64,000 bases of DNA from Bdellovibrionota bacterium (lineage in GTDB: Bacteria > Bdellovibrionota_C > UBA2361 > CALJRW01), in the NCBI GenBank assembly GCA_041740355.1, contig JBGSMD010000038.1, positions 64,001 to 128,000 of the forward strand, given 5' to 3'. Below, piece by piece: positions 40,081 through 51,569 of the stretch. Every line of letters starts with the position of its first letter. The stretch's first letter is position 1. The translations under genes and the position numbers were made by a program. The notes beneath the pieces were generated by a model. It saw nothing but the letters and a program-made list of their open reading frames with translations, had not been told where the DNA came from and did no database searches.

Positions 40081-42063
40081 TTAATAAGGATTTTCGTCAG
40101 CTTTTGTTAAGGTTTTTCCGTCAAAATAATAAATTTGCCGCCCGAAGTATTTATTAATTAAGAGTTGGTTTTGATCTCGTAGGTCAATTGCTACAATTAA
40201 ATTTGAATCTTGGGTAATAATTGGATCGTTAAGTAAAAAGTGAGAAGCATAAATCGTAAACTCTCCTTGGAGATCATATTGAATTTCATCTTGACATTGA
40301 TTGCTGATATTCGGAGGAGAATAAAACTTGGAGGAGGTGTCTCGATTGAGGGCAAGTTTAACAATAGGTATCTTTAGTTTTAGTTGATCGACAATTAATT
40401 TTTCAAGCAATAGTGTTGGGTGGTTTGCTTTGCTAATTTCATCTAGAAAACACAAATCTAGTTTTTCATATGCTTTTTGGCTGAGTGCAGCACTTATGCC
40501 AGCGCCTCTTAAGCGAGATAATGCTCGTGCGCCCCAACTAACTTTGATAAAAACTATCTTTTTTTGTTCCGATTCGTTTTTTAGTTTGTCCAATAAATTC
40601 ACTTTGAATGAGGACTGACCATAGGCATAAATCCCTAGGCGATGCGGTAGTCCATAGGTGACATAATAAGAGAGGAGTATAAAAAATATAGATTTAATTA
40701 TTAACGATCCCGGCAAATACCCAAAGTTTAGGTTTTGAAATTTATTATAGATTGTTATAATTGCTTTTGCTGATAATGGAATGAATATAATTAACAGCGA
40801 GAACAAAAAACGACTACCTAAGTAGAAGTCGGTATGCCAATAAAAAACATGTCCTGTTATATAAAAAATTGGGACTGATAGCAGGATTAATTCTTCTCTA
40901 GAAAACTTCTGATTAATAATTAAGTATATTGCTAATGGCAGAGTTGCTGGAATCAGGCTTTCAAAGGTGTAGAGATTACTAAATGTTAAGTTTAGTAACT
41001 GATTAATTAATCCTCTAGTTAATGTGAAATCCCTTCCCCAAGGGGTTTCATGAAAACCAAAGCCATGGAGTACTCCCCATGTTTTGATATAACCAGAGAG
41101 GAAGGGGTCGCCTGTAGAATGTAAATTGTAGGTTGCCCAAATAGAACTTATCGCTCCAAAAATTAGGACGGCAAAAAATGTTAATTTATAATCTTTATTT
41201 CTGACGATTTTGAGGATCGTGGGCAGTGCAAAAGCTAGGCTGTAAAGAAATGCTGAGAATGGCCGAGTAATAAATGCCCAAGCACAGAAGAGGCTAGCTA
41301 GTGGCAAGTTATAGGAACTAATATCTTTAAGATATCGAAGGATATAAAAAGTAAAACCACTCAGTCCAAAGATTGCTGTTGAATGGTTCATATAGCTCGA
41401 CATCATCACCAAGAAAAAAGGACAGACGATTAGTAATAATAAACTGACTCGAGCGACTAGTTGATTGTAAATGAGTTTACTAGTTGCATATATAAAATAT
41501 GAAGTAGCAATTACGAGAAAAAGCTGCACCAGCCATTTGAACCCTAGTAAATAATTGAAGCTTAAGAATAAGGCATGGCCAGGAGGATATTGGCTAGACC
41601 AATTGCCATTGTGATAAACATAATTTTGATTTACGAAGAACCCCAGATAGTCTTGATACTCACCAGTGAATAATCCTGCGGCAAAAATTTTACTTTGAAA
41701 CGTTTGAGTCAGCTCATCAACCATGTGTGGTCGAAAATGAAAACAATATCGTGCAATTAAAAAAGTTTTTAATCCAATCAGTGCAAGGCAAATTGCTAAA
41801 AAATATCTCTCATCAATGCTCCAAAACTTTGTTATTATTTTCTCGCAGAGAAGAAGTGCTCTAGTTTTATTGAGTAGTATGCTTAAAACTAGAGCCAGTG
41901 AAATACAGATTATCATTGATAGCAACCAAATACTTGGCGGTAGGTATTCCGCGGTTGTAATATTGGGGTGTTCCAGAAATAGTATTTGGAATTTATCTAG
42001 TGGAATTAAAGGCAAGAAAAAAAGCAGTATTCCAACTAGGGCTAGGATTATGTTTGGTCGCAT
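40081..42063 (-). CDS. GT-C-like (PMT_2) membrane glycosyltransferase
   Basis: PHMVDE, SQYPPG, SYMNH, TRP, YNLHSTGDPF and GSRF motifs. Confidence 0.7.
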   Translation of the reverse strand: MRPNIILALVGILLFFLPLIPLDKFQILFLEHPNITTAEYLPPSIWLLSMIICISLALVLSILLNKTRALLLCEKIITKFWSIDERYFLAICLALIGLKTFLIARYCFHFRPHMVDELTQTFQSKIFAAGLFTGEYQDYLGFFVNQNYVYHNGNWSSQYPPGHALFLSFNYLLGFKWLVQLFLVIATSYFIYATSKLIYNQLVARVSLLLLIVCPFFLVMMSSYMNHSTAIFGLSGFTFYILRYLKDISSYNLPLASLFCAWAFITRPFSAFLYSLAFALPTILKIVRNKDYKLTFFAVLIFGAISSIWATYNLHSTGDPFLSGYIKTWGVLHGFGFHETPWGRDFTLTRGLINQLLNLTFSNLYTFESLIPATLPLAIYLIINQKFSREELILLSVPIFYITGHVFYWHTDFYLGSRFLFSLLIIFIPLSAKAIITIYNKFQNLNFGYLPGSLIIKSIFFILLSYYVTYGLPHRLGIYAYGQSSFKVNLLDKLKNESEQKKIVFIKVSWGARALSRLRGAGISAALSQKAYEKLDLCFLDEISKANHPTLLLEKLIVDQLKLKIPIVKLALNRDTSSKFYSPPNISNQCQDEIQYDLQGEFTIYASHFLLNDPIITQDSNLIVAIDLRDQNQLLINKYFGRQIYYFDGKTLTKADENPY

Positions 42064-42332
42064 TGCTTATTAACTTACAAGGTAATCTTAGAGAGTATCC
42101 CAGCCAATTTCCATTAAGGAATCATTTTTTGGGACTAGGCTTAACATAAACTTCGCGATCGTAATGGACAATAGTATAGTTCTGCTCATCAAAGTTGTTA
42201 TATTTTTCAAGAACGATTGATGCTTCGGCATTATTCATCCACATTACTGATGAATTATGGAGGCTAGATTGATAACCATTGCTCTTTTAGTCATACCCTG
42301 CTATTTCTATAATATTTCTATATCTAATTTAA

Positions 42333-42773
42333 ATGGAAATAGCTGATAGTCGATCTCTTGGTAGTTATCTTATTCCTTTTGTCGGAAGCACTGTCTCCGC
42401 GGGATTTCCTTCTCCCGCTGATGATTACTTAGAGCCTGCCTTGGATCTTAATCAGTATTTAATCAAAAATCCAGAAGCTAGTTTTTTAGTGCGAGTGAGT
42501 GGAGATTCCATGATTCAGGTGGGGATTTTTGCGGGAGATGTTTTGATTGTAGATCGTTCTCTTGTGGCAAGTTCTGGTGATACCGTAATTGCTGTTTTTA
42601 ATCGTGAATTTTTAGTGAAGAAATTTTTATCTGTTAGTGGAAAAATTATTTTACGATCCGCAAATCCAAAATATTTAGATTTAGTAATTGAAGTAAACTC
42701 AGAATTAAGTGATCTTGACTTTGAGATTTGGGGAGTAGTTACTTACTGCTTACATTCCTTAAGGAAAAGCTAA
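42333..42773 (+). CDS. umuD: DNA polymerase V subunit UmuD
   Basis: SAGFPSPA cleavage site, GDSM (Ser), VKK (Lys) and IWGVV. Confidence 0.93.
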   Translation: MEIADSRSLGSYLIPFVGSTVSAGFPSPADDYLEPALDLNQYLIKNPEASFLVRVSGDSMIQVGIFAGDVLIVDRSLVASSGDTVIAVFNREFLVKKFLSVSGKIILRSANPKYLDLVIEVNSELSDLDFEIWGVVTYCLHSLRKS

Positions 42774-42775
42774 GA

Positions 42776-44053
42776 ATGTCCTCATTTTATTTTTTAGTTG
42801 ATTGTAATAACTTTTACGCCTCTTGTGAGCGAGTATTTAATCCACAATTAATAGGTCGTCCGATTGTTGTTTTATCCAATAATGATGGTTGTGTGGTGGC
42901 ACGTTCTAACGAAGCGAAAGCTCTGGGGATCCCAATGGGAGTCCCAATTTACCAAGTGCGAGATATTGTTGACAGGCACCAAGTAAAAGTTTGTTCTTCT
43001 AATTATACGCTCTATGGAGAACTCTCTCGTCGGGTGATGGCAATCCTAAAGCAGCATGCTGAGAGTATCGAAATCTATTCGATTGACGAAGCCTTTCTAG
43101 AATTTAGTCAGGGGGTGAGTGCTGAGCGAGACTGGGAAAGTTTGGCAATCCGGATCAGGGAGGCGGTAAAAAAATCCTTAGGTATTCCTGTGTCTATTGG
43201 AATGGCAGAAACTAAAACGCTAGCTAAGCTAGCTAATAATGCGGTTAAGAAAAAACAGCTGCCCGAAGGTTTTTGTTTATTAGATCGACCCAGTAAAATT
43301 GAGGAATTGCTTAAGCAAATGGCGGTGCAGGATGTCTGGGGAATTGGACGTCGCTGGTCAAAACATTTACAGAGCTACGGGATTGATACTGCCTGGCAGT
43401 TGCGCGTTGCCCCCCCGAAATTAATGCGACAAAAATTTAATGTTTTTCTTTCGCGGACTCAGTTGGAATTACAAGGGGTAAGATGTTTGCATTTAGAGCA
43501 CTTTGTCCCGCCACGCAAATCTATTGCAGTGACTCGTTCTTTTGGAAGGAAAATTAAAAATCTGGCAGAGTTAGAGCAGGCGGTTGCTTCTTATCTTAGT
43601 CGATTGAGTGAGAAGCTTCGGCTCCACCGTTTGAAGGCTAGAAAATTTATTCTATTTATTCGGACCAATCCATTTTCTAAGACTGATGATTTTTATGCCC
43701 AATCAATAGTTTGCAGCATGCCAGATTACACGAGTAATACTGCAGATTTGATCTTAGCGGGAATGCAAGGACTTCGGGAGATTTATTTATCGCAGTTCTT
43801 CTACAATAAGGCGGGAGTTGTCGCCGTAGATTTAAGGGGAGAGGACGCCCATCAAGGAAAATTATTTGCGGGTTTGATTGAAAGCAAAGAAGAGGCCAGT
43901 TTAATGAAAGCAGTAGATCTATTAAATCGTAAGTATGGCAAGAATTCGATTCATTATGCCATTACTGGGACAAACCAAGGTTGGTCGATGCTATCTAATC
44001 AAAGATCTCCTAACTATTTAGGTTCCTGGGAGGAATTATTATTAGTTAGGTAA
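42776..44053 (+). CDS. umuC: Y-family DNA polymerase V subunit UmuC
   Basis: [30 protein letters not shown] and C-terminal W.M....SP.Y; ATG at 42776 preferred. Confidence 0.95.
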   Translation: MSSFYFLVDCNNFYASCERVFNPQLIGRPIVVLSNNDGCVVARSNEAKALGIPMGVPIYQVRDIVDRHQVKVCSSNYTLYGELSRRVMAILKQHAESIEIYSIDEAFLEFSQGVSAERDWESLAIRIREAVKKSLGIPVSIGMAETKTLAKLANNAVKKKQLPEGFCLLDRPSKIEELLKQMAVQDVWGIGRRWSKHLQSYGIDTAWQLRVAPPKLMRQKFNVFLSRTQLELQGVRCLHLEHFVPPRKSIAVTRSFGRKIKNLAELEQAVASYLSRLSEKLRLHRLKARKFILFIRTNPFSKTDDFYAQSIVCSMPDYTSNTADLILAGMQGLREIYLSQFFYNKAGVVAVDLRGEDAHQGKLFAGLIESKEEASLMKAVDLLNRKYGKNSIHYAITGTNQGWSMLSNQRSPNYLGSWEELLLVR

Positions 44054-44216
44054 CAACCGGTTATTTTTTGGACTCTCTCTCGAACAGGAAGTGCTTGAAG
44101 TCACCAAGGCGGAGACGGATGCTATAATAAAACCGATTAGAATTCACTGAACGGCAAAGAATAAAGCTTCCACCATCGCAAAAACTTCGGAGGATAAGTG
44201 CTACTTTTTCCGAATA

Positions 44217-44429
44217 TACTAAAACCCATTAAGAATTACCGAACTGCTTTGTAAAATGCAGAATGCATTTTCAGTTTATTAGGGTTTCAGGATACTTGTC
44301 TTCTCCAGTTATTATCCTTATTTTATAAAGATAATAACCTTTGCGACCCCCTTAGATCGCAGCAAGCACTTCATGCTGGATAAACTAGGTAATTAAAAAT
44401 GAAGCAGTGATTTTCAATGTCACCTAGTA
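44217..44429 (-). repeat. Dispersed repeat/MITE-like family 2, copy 2 (213 bp, TA flanks)
   Basis: TA|TACTAAAACCCATT...AATGTCACCTAGTA|TA imperfect terminal inverted repeat; homologous to 16684-16863. Confidence 0.7.
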
Positions 44430-44503
44430 TATTTGAAGAGTCGAGAGAGATGCTCTTTGGTGTACTTAGTAGTAATTAATCACTATCAAAGAAATGCCAA
44501 ACC

Positions 44504-45463
44504 ATGTTAATTAGAATAATAATGATTAATTATGACAAACAAATTATTGTAGTAACGGGAGGGGCTGGTTTTATCGGCACAGCACTAGTAAATCGTTTAA
44601 GCGCATTACAAGCTAAAGAGATTAGAGTTATTGATTGTAATTATTATCAGCAAGAAAATACAAATTATAATCAAAATGTTAAGATTTTCAATTTAGATCT
44701 AGCTAAATGTTCGCAAGAACAAATAGATCAAGTTTGTGTTGGTGCGGATATTATTTATCACTTGGCCGCGCAAAAGCACAATCAAAATAAAGATGATCAA
44801 CAATATATGTATTCTACCAACGTAGATGGTACAAATAAATTACTACAATCTGCTAAGAAAAATGAAATCAAAAATTTTATTTTTGCATCTTCATTATACG
44901 CCTATGGTCGGAGTACTAAACCTGCATTAGCAGAGGATGAAAATATTATTCCAACAACTTTCTATGGAACAACAAAGTTAATTGGGGAGCTGTTGTGTCG
45001 TTCTTGTTCACAGGAGGCCAATGTTAAGTGTTCTGTGTTAAGGCTCTTCTTTGTTTATGGACCAGGGCAACTGAGTAAAATTGGATATGAGTCATTAATG
45101 GTGAAAAGTTTATCAAGATTACAAAAAAAACTTGAACCAATTATTTATGGAGATGGTAAGCAAGTTTTAGATTATATTTACATTGAAGATGTAATTAACG
45201 CGTTATTGCTCTGTCAGACTCAAAGTACAGATTTCGAATTATTTAACATTGGTAGTGGCTCTCCCATTTCCGTCCTGGAAATAACAAATAAATTATTATT
45301 AATAACCAAAAGCACGGCTCAGATAAAGTTTGAGCCACCAGACTTAACTGCAGGAACATATCGAGTTGCTAAGACGGAGAGAGCTTTAAAACATCTAAAT
45401 TTCATTGCCAAGACTACCTTGGATCAGGGACTTTTACATACTTACAAAGCTTTTAGCGCATGA
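44504..45463 (+). CDS. NAD-dependent epimerase/dehydratase
   Basis: TGGAGFIG, HLAA, YGTTK, VYGPG and GDGKQ. Confidence 0.9.
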   Translation: MLIRIIMINYDKQIIVVTGGAGFIGTALVNRLSALQAKEIRVIDCNYYQQENTNYNQNVKIFNLDLAKCSQEQIDQVCVGADIIYHLAAQKHNQNKDDQQYMYSTNVDGTNKLLQSAKKNEIKNFIFASSLYAYGRSTKPALAEDENIIPTTFYGTTKLIGELLCRSCSQEANVKCSVLRLFFVYGPGQLSKIGYESLMVKSLSRLQKKLEPIIYGDGKQVLDYIYIEDVINALLLCQTQSTDFELFNIGSGSPISVLEITNKLLLITKSTAQIKFEPPDLTAGTYRVAKTERALKHLNFIAKTTLDQGLLHTYKAFSA

Positions 45464-47646
45464 TGATTGATTTATCTGTTATAATTCCTTGCTTTAATGA
45501 AGAAGATAATGTGCGAGCGATCTGTTGTGAGATTGAAGAAGTTTTTAAGAGATTAAAAATTTCTGGTGAAATAGTTTTTATCGACGATAAAAGTACGGAT
45601 CTAACACTCCCGATATTATTAGAGTTAGAAAAAGAGTTTAATTTTATTAGAGTAGTCGCTCAAGCCTCGAATCAAGGGATTGCCAGAGCTTGGTTGTCTG
45701 GGGCAACGTTAGCAAAAGGCAAACTTGTCTCCGTGATTGATGCTGATTTTCAATACTTACCACAAGATATTGCTAGATTGTATCGAGAATATAAGCGGAG
45801 CCATTTTGATATTATTCAAGGATACCGTAGTGCCGTTGGTCGAGTAAAAGATCTTAGGTACATCCAAAGTATTGTGCTGAATTTTATTCTTAATAAGTTA
45901 TTTAAGATGAAATTGACTGATAACAAGTCAGGCTTTTTTGTATGTAAAAAAAGTGTTTTAATCGATATACTAAGATCTTCTGATCGCTATCATTTCTATC
46001 AAACATTCATTATGGTGGTTGCTAATAGTAAGGGTTATAGCATTAAAGAGATTGAAATTCTTTTTCAAAACCGCAGAGCAGGTAAGTCTTTCCTAGCGAA
46101 TTTACCGATTTGGACAATTTTTAGGGTCATTTATGAAATCCTAAAGGCAGTTGCGGAATTTAGATTATCCAAGCATCGGCGCACACAGATTGCCGATATC
46201 CTTGATCGCAAAAAAATAAGTTATCAATCAAGCAAGTTAAGAGGTTGGCGAAGAGTTCTTTGGCAGATTCATACTATTGCTTGGCCTTTGCATAGTTGGT
46301 CAATCTCTAGAAGTGCCATTAAATATTACTATGAATTAGAGCAGTCACAGTATTTTTCTAAGCAAGAGATTCGGGAAGTTCAGGACAAAAAACTTGCTGA
46401 TATTATTCAGCATGCTTATCAACATGTAGATTATTATCGGGACTTATTCGACCAACATGGAATTCTCCCCGAAGAGATTAAGACAGTAGCAGATTTAGCA
46501 AAACTGCCATTGTTAACAAAAAATGACATTCGTCAAAATGTTCATTTTGGTTTGTTATCTGATAATCATAATAAGAGTAAAGTCAGGAAAATTAATACTA
46601 GTGGTTCTACCGGCGAGCCGATGACTATCTATGTCGATGATTTTCAGTTGGAAATGCGTTGGGCAGCCTCACTCCGATCAGCGATCTGGACTGGGTGGCA
46701 ATTTGGTGACAAACAAGCAAGACTTTGGCATCAAAAAATTGGTATGACTAGATTACAGGTGTTTCGAGAGCATATTAACGCCTTGATTAATCGCCGTTTA
46801 TTTATTCCTGCGTATGAGTTATCAAATGAAAATCTACAGAAATGGATTCAGAAGTTGGAGGACTACCAGCCTGTATTAATTGATGGCTATGCCGAGTCTT
46901 TTAACTTTTTAGCCTATTATCAAAAAAATTGTGGGTTTGCTAGGTTAAAGCCTAAAGCTATTATTAGTTCTGCACAGGAACTCCCATTGGCAAGTCGAGA
47001 GATAATTGAACAGAATTTTGGTTGCCGAGTTTATGATAAATATGGCAGTAGAGAATTCTCGGGAATTGCGTATGAAGCCGATGTTCCAGGAGAACATGTT
47101 GTCGTCTCTGAAAATTACATTGTTGAAATTGTTGACATGAATGGTCAGCCTGTTCTGCCAGGAGGAGTTGGGGAGATTCTAATTACAGATTTAAATAATC
47201 GCTGCATGCCGCTTATTCGATATCGGATTGGAGATTTGGCTAGGGCTGTTGATAATGACAAAGAATTTGGCACCTATCCCGGGTTGATGCGACTTGGTAG
47301 CATTGAAGGCAGAACTCAAGCAATTATAGTAGCTGGTAATGGAAGATATCTTCCCGGTACATTTTTTGCCCATTTCTTTAAAGATTACGATCATATCATT
47401 ACACATTATCAGATTATTCAAGAAAAAATCGGAGAAATTAATCTTAATCTAGTTAAGGGGATTCATTTTACCGATAAGCTTTTTCAAGATGTTTTTGGTC
47501 AGCTTAAAGTTCATTTGGGGGAAGAGTCTGTGATTAACGTAGAGTTTGTTGAACATATTCCAATGGGTAAAACTGGTAAGCGACAGGGATCTATTAGTCG
47601 TTTGAATTTTGATGATATTAAACAAAATTTGAAGATCGAGTTGTAG
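45460..47646 (+). CDS. GT2 glycosyltransferase fused to a CapK/PaaK-like adenylate-forming domain
   Basis: IIPCFNEE, DDKSTD and DADFQ, then TSGSTGEP, YGSREF and PLIRYRIGD. Confidence 0.85.
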   Translation: MMIDLSVIIPCFNEEDNVRAICCEIEEVFKRLKISGEIVFIDDKSTDLTLPILLELEKEFNFIRVVAQASNQGIARAWLSGATLAKGKLVSVIDADFQYLPQDIARLYREYKRSHFDIIQGYRSAVGRVKDLRYIQSIVLNFILNKLFKMKLTDNKSGFFVCKKSVLIDILRSSDRYHFYQTFIMVVANSKGYSIKEIEILFQNRRAGKSFLANLPIWTIFRVIYEILKAVAEFRLSKHRRTQIADILDRKKISYQSSKLRGWRRVLWQIHTIAWPLHSWSISRSAIKYYYELEQSQYFSKQEIREVQDKKLADIIQHAYQHVDYYRDLFDQHGILPEEIKTVADLAKLPLLTKNDIRQNVHFGLLSDNHNKSKVRKINTSGSTGEPMTIYVDDFQLEMRWAASLRSAIWTGWQFGDKQARLWHQKIGMTRLQVFREHINALINRRLFIPAYELSNENLQKWIQKLEDYQPVLIDGYAESFNFLAYYQKNCGFARLKPKAIISSAQELPLASREIIEQNFGCRVYDKYGSREFSGIAYEADVPGEHVVVSENYIVEIVDMNGQPVLPGGVGEILITDLNNRCMPLIRYRIGDLARAVDNDKEFGTYPGLMRLGSIEGRTQAIIVAGNGRYLPGTFFAHFFKDYDHIITHYQIIQEKIGEINLNLVKGIHFTDKLFQDVFGQLKVHLGEESVINVEFVEHIPMGKTGKRQGSISRLNFDDIKQNLKIEL

Positions 47647-47786
47647 AATTAAGCACCTCCGAAGCAATTATGAAGTCGCCCCGTAACAATCAGATTGTAG
47701 GTTTCAAAATTCAGGTTTAAAAGCAGGTTAATCGACCGAGCGCTCAAGGATTGGGATTGCGATACATTTTGTCTTATTCTGTTCAT

Positions 47787-49721
47787 ATGAAAGTACTAAT
47801 TGATTTCAGATTATTATTGATAATTCTTATTTTCATCATAGCTCGGTTGATAAATATTGGTGGATTGGAGCCATTCACTGATGAAGCTGGTAATATCTTA
47901 ACCTCAATTGATTATCAGACAAATCAAAATATTGATCCCGTTGCTTTAGGTAGGCCACTGCTTAGTTATATCTTTAAATTATCAGCAATTAGTACCCAAA
48001 ATGCTTTGGAGATTGCTAGAGCTAGCACTAGCGTTATTAGCCTGTTCGGCTGTCTAGTTTTATATTTTATTGTTAGTTTGATTTCTGGTAGGAATGCTGC
48101 TTTGGTCACTTGTTTAGTTTGGGCCCTATCTACATATCATATCGCGCATGAAAGGTTAGCACTGCAAGATCCTTTTACAACATTTTTATTATTGTTATGT
48201 TGCATCACTTTAATGAAAACGGCATATCAAATGCAAGCTGTGCCAATAATTCGTAGCCGGCTTTTTCTTTATATTTTATTAGCAGGGATATTCTTTGGGC
48301 TTACACTACTTAATAAAGTAAGCTCCATAAGTGGTATCCTTTGGATACTGGCAATAAATTATCTTTATGCCAAAAAAATAGAACTAAAAATTAGTCTGAG
48401 TGATTTGATATATTTTTGTGGAATATTCTTATTGGGAAATATACTTACACTTGTAAGTACAGGAAGAGTTTTTGAGATAGGGAGTAAATTGCAGGGACAA
48501 CAATTTATTCCGACCATTTCTTATTTATTCAATACGCCAGAGCAGTTTTTAACCATTTATCTTAAAAATATTGGCAATATTAGCAATTTTTACTTCCAAT
48601 GGTTAATCGGCTACGGAGGTATTTTTGCGATCTTGCTACTGCTTTATGTTTTTTGTCTTGGAATCATTTGGGGAAGTTTAGTACAGAGGGTTTTGGTTGT
48701 AATTAGTATTAGCTATCTTTTTTTAAATGCCGCAATGTACAGTGATTTCATGTATGCCAGATATATTCATCATGAAAGTATCTTATCTTGCTTCCTGGTT
48801 GGAATTTGTTTTTCCTCGCTGAATAACGATCTGTGCAAAGTCCGAGTACAAGGTATATTAAAACTAATTTTTGTAACACTTTTCTTTTTATCACTTACAG
48901 AGAACTTAATCTCGAATTACTCGGTCATCAAGGATGCTAATTTAACTTGGATCCGAGAGAGATCATTAGATTATCGGCAGTATTCTGATCAATTTTGGAG
49001 TGGTTATAAATTAGATGTATTGGATCAAGAAATTCAAAAAGTAATTCTGGATAATCCCGACGCATATTTTTTGACTTCCACAGAGTTTGATTCTGTAGCC
49101 TACGGGCTGAAATTAAAATACCACGGTAGTCTAATGGCAAATAGGTTACTACCACTTCAAATCTATTCAACTACAACTGCGCCCGGGCTATCTTATTATC
49201 AACAGACATATCCAAAGGCTGATTTTTATCTAATATTATCCCTGCATAATGCTGCTAAGTTTATCGAACAGCAAGGGATGCATATTCTGGCTATCTGGCT
49301 TAAAGCTAGTCTTCAGGTAATAAATACAATTAGTAGAGCTACTGATAGTGGTAATCAGTTCGTAATCATGAGAATTGGAAAATCAAATTATCAACAAGCA
49401 GATAGTAAGCCACTTAAGATTAACGGGTTTCCTTATTTTGGCGGAAGCTCCGTCCTCATTACCTCAGAACTTCTTAAAGTATGTGAATTTCAAGATATAT
49501 CCATTCGAAGTATTGTCGGTGAGCAAAATGTTAAGACAAGGGGAGCTACCTCAAAATCCCTGATAATTAATTCTAGTTTAGTAAAACTCCAAGATTTAGA
49601 TTTGTCAGAGCAGGATTTGCCAATCAGCATTGATTCTTCAAAATGGCAATTGAATTTTATAAAAGGCGGCTATGGTGCTCAAGAGATTAGGTCTATTGAG
49701 TTTCAGTGCAGCTCAAATTAG
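47787..49721 (+). CDS. ArnT/PMT-like GT-C membrane glycosyltransferase
   Basis: PFTDEA, GRPLL, HERLALQD and ARY motifs; ATG at 47787 preferred over TTG at 47751. Confidence 0.7.
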   Translation: MKVLIDFRLLLIILIFIIARLINIGGLEPFTDEAGNILTSIDYQTNQNIDPVALGRPLLSYIFKLSAISTQNALEIARASTSVISLFGCLVLYFIVSLISGRNAALVTCLVWALSTYHIAHERLALQDPFTTFLLLLCCITLMKTAYQMQAVPIIRSRLFLYILLAGIFFGLTLLNKVSSISGILWILAINYLYAKKIELKISLSDLIYFCGIFLLGNILTLVSTGRVFEIGSKLQGQQFIPTISYLFNTPEQFLTIYLKNIGNISNFYFQWLIGYGGIFAILLLLYVFCLGIIWGSLVQRVLVVISISYLFLNAAMYSDFMYARYIHHESILSCFLVGICFSSLNNDLCKVRVQGILKLIFVTLFFLSLTENLISNYSVIKDANLTWIRERSLDYRQYSDQFWSGYKLDVLDQEIQKVILDNPDAYFLTSTEFDSVAYGLKLKYHGSLMANRLLPLQIYSTTTAPGLSYYQQTYPKADFYLILSLHNAAKFIEQQGMHILAIWLKASLQVINTISRATDSGNQFVIMRIGKSNYQQADSKPLKINGFPYFGGSSVLITSELLKVCEFQDISIRSIVGEQNVKTRGATSKSLIINSSLVKLQDLDLSEQDLPISIDSSKWQLNFIKGGYGAQEIRSIEFQCSSN

Positions 49722-50077
49722 CCGAATCGTATGCTTGCGACTAGCAGGTAACTTTAGAAGTAATATCGCTGAAGATTATCACCTAGAGATCTGCGGTAAT
49801 ACTACTTTAATAACCTGATATTATAGCTTTTCTCGCAAGTTTTTAACTTTTTGTCCCGTTTCGCTAACATGAATTATGGGTCAATAGCGTTGATTAAATA
49901 TTCTGAATCCATTTCATTCGGTAGTATTTAATTTGAGCATATGCTTATTTGCATTATTTGTTTGATTTTGATAGATTCTCGGCTCTCAAATTTAAAGTGG
50001 CGGTACTAACTGTTGTTGTTAATGGTTAACTATCGATAAGTATTTGATAATTTGTGAAATTTTGACTGGGGAAACTG

Positions 50078-50287
50078 GTGGCGACAAAAGCGAATACGAA
50101 TAAAAGCAAAATCAAACCCATTGAGTTTCTACAAGAAGCTCGAGTGGAGTTAAGTAAAGTTTCTAAACCAAATCGCGAGGAAACAATTCGGGCCACAGTC
50201 ATGGCATTAGCACTGATGGTGTTTTTTGCAGTGGTGCTAGCTTTGTTAGATGTGATTTTTCATCGCATCATGGCTACTTTGGTTTAA
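50078..50287 (+). CDS. secE: Preprotein translocase subunit SecE
   Basis: FLQEARVELSKV..P.REE plus one TM; directly upstream of nusG. Confidence 0.93.
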   Translation: MATKANTNKSKIKPIEFLQEARVELSKVSKPNREETIRATVMALALMVFFAVVLALLDVIFHRIMATLV

Positions 50288-50356
50288 TAGCAAGTTGGTT
50301 TAACAGCAAAATTAGTATAGTAGTAATTTAGTTTCACACTCTGGGTATTATAAAAA

Positions 50357-51046
50357 ATGAGTACAGAAGGGAAAGACATCAACGCACAAGCGCCTGTAAC
50401 CGAAACGGGGAAGGTAGAGGCTGTAGCTCCTAAAAAAAGAACAGTTAAGGACATTGTTAGTTCTGAAGTTCGTAGACGCTCAAATGCCAAGAAAAAAATT
50501 GCTGATCCGAATATTCGCCTAGAGTGGTATATCGTTCAGGCTTATGCAAATTTAGAAAATAGAGTGATGCAGGCAATTAAAGACCGCATCGAGAAAGAAG
50601 GGTTAAATGACTATTTTGGGGAAGTTAAAGTTCCACAAGAAGAAGTTGTTGAGTTAGTAAAAGGTGAAAAACATAAAGTAAATCGTAAGTTTTTCCCAGG
50701 GTACATTTTAGTGCAAATGCATTTAAATGATGAGACTAAACACTTAATCAACAACACTCCTAAAGTCGTAGGTTTTGTTGGTGACGCTCATAATCCAATG
50801 CCGATGAGCGAAGTAGAAGTAGAAAATCTGATGACTCAGATGGAAGAAGGTTCCACAGCATTAGCTGGTAACTTAAGTTTTGAAGTTGGTGATACTGTTA
50901 AGGTGACGGAAGGACCGTTTATCGATTACATGGGTACGATTGAAGAAGTTAAAGCTGATAAAGCTAAACTACGCGTACTATTCAGTATCTTCGGAAGAGC
51001 TACTCCAGTGGAGTTAGATTTTTACCAAGTACAAAAGCAAATATAG
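50357..51046 (+). CDS. nusG: Transcription factor NusG
   Basis: WYIVQ, FFPGYILV, KOW motif and IFGRATPVEL. Confidence 0.97.
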   Translation: MSTEGKDINAQAPVTETGKVEAVAPKKRTVKDIVSSEVRRRSNAKKKIADPNIRLEWYIVQAYANLENRVMQAIKDRIEKEGLNDYFGEVKVPQEEVVELVKGEKHKVNRKFFPGYILVQMHLNDETKHLINNTPKVVGFVGDAHNPMPMSEVEVENLMTQMEEGSTALAGNLSFEVGDTVKVTEGPFIDYMGTIEEVKADKAKLRVLFSIFGRATPVELDFYQVQKQI

Positions 51047-51115
51047 TCCCGTTGGGAATGTATCAATAGTTTTTAAGCTTGTTCGCAAGCGAAAAGTTTT
51101 TTTTAGAAAATTAAA

Positions 51116-51544
51116 ATGGCTAAGAAGGAAGTAACCAAAGTAATTAAATTACAAATCGAAGGTGGAAAAGCTAATCCAGCTCCACCAATTGGTCCAGTGT
51201 TAGGTCAAAATGGTGTTAACATCATGGATTTTTGTAAACAGTTTAACGCTGCTACTCAAAAAGACACAGGTGTAGTGATTCCAGTTGAGATTTCAGTTTA
51301 TAAAGATCGCTCATTTACTTTTATTTGTAAGACTCCACCAGTTTCTTATCTTTTAAAAGAAGCTGCCAACATTAAGAAAGGTTCTTCTATTCCAAACGCA
51401 GATTTTGTTGGAAAAGTTACTAAAGCACAGATTCGCGAAATTGCAGTCAAGAAACTTCAGGATTTAAATACTGAAAATGTTGATTCTGCTTATAATTCTG
51501 TTGCTGGAACTGCTCGTAGTATGGGCATTAAAGTAGTTGATTAA
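51116..51544 (+). CDS. rplK: 50S ribosomal protein L11
   Basis: [15 protein letters not shown] and GTARSMG. Confidence 0.98.
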   Translation: MAKKEVTKVIKLQIEGGKANPAPPIGPVLGQNGVNIMDFCKQFNAATQKDTGVVIPVEISVYKDRSFTFICKTPPVSYLLKEAANIKKGSSIPNADFVGKVTKAQIREIAVKKLQDLNTENVDSAYNSVAGTARSMGIKVVD

Positions 51545-51569
51545 AGATATTGTTTATAGAGAGTAAGTT

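Noticed and set aside
42064-42332. LexA/SOS box upstream of umuD
   Set aside because: No match to any LexA consensus I can recognise
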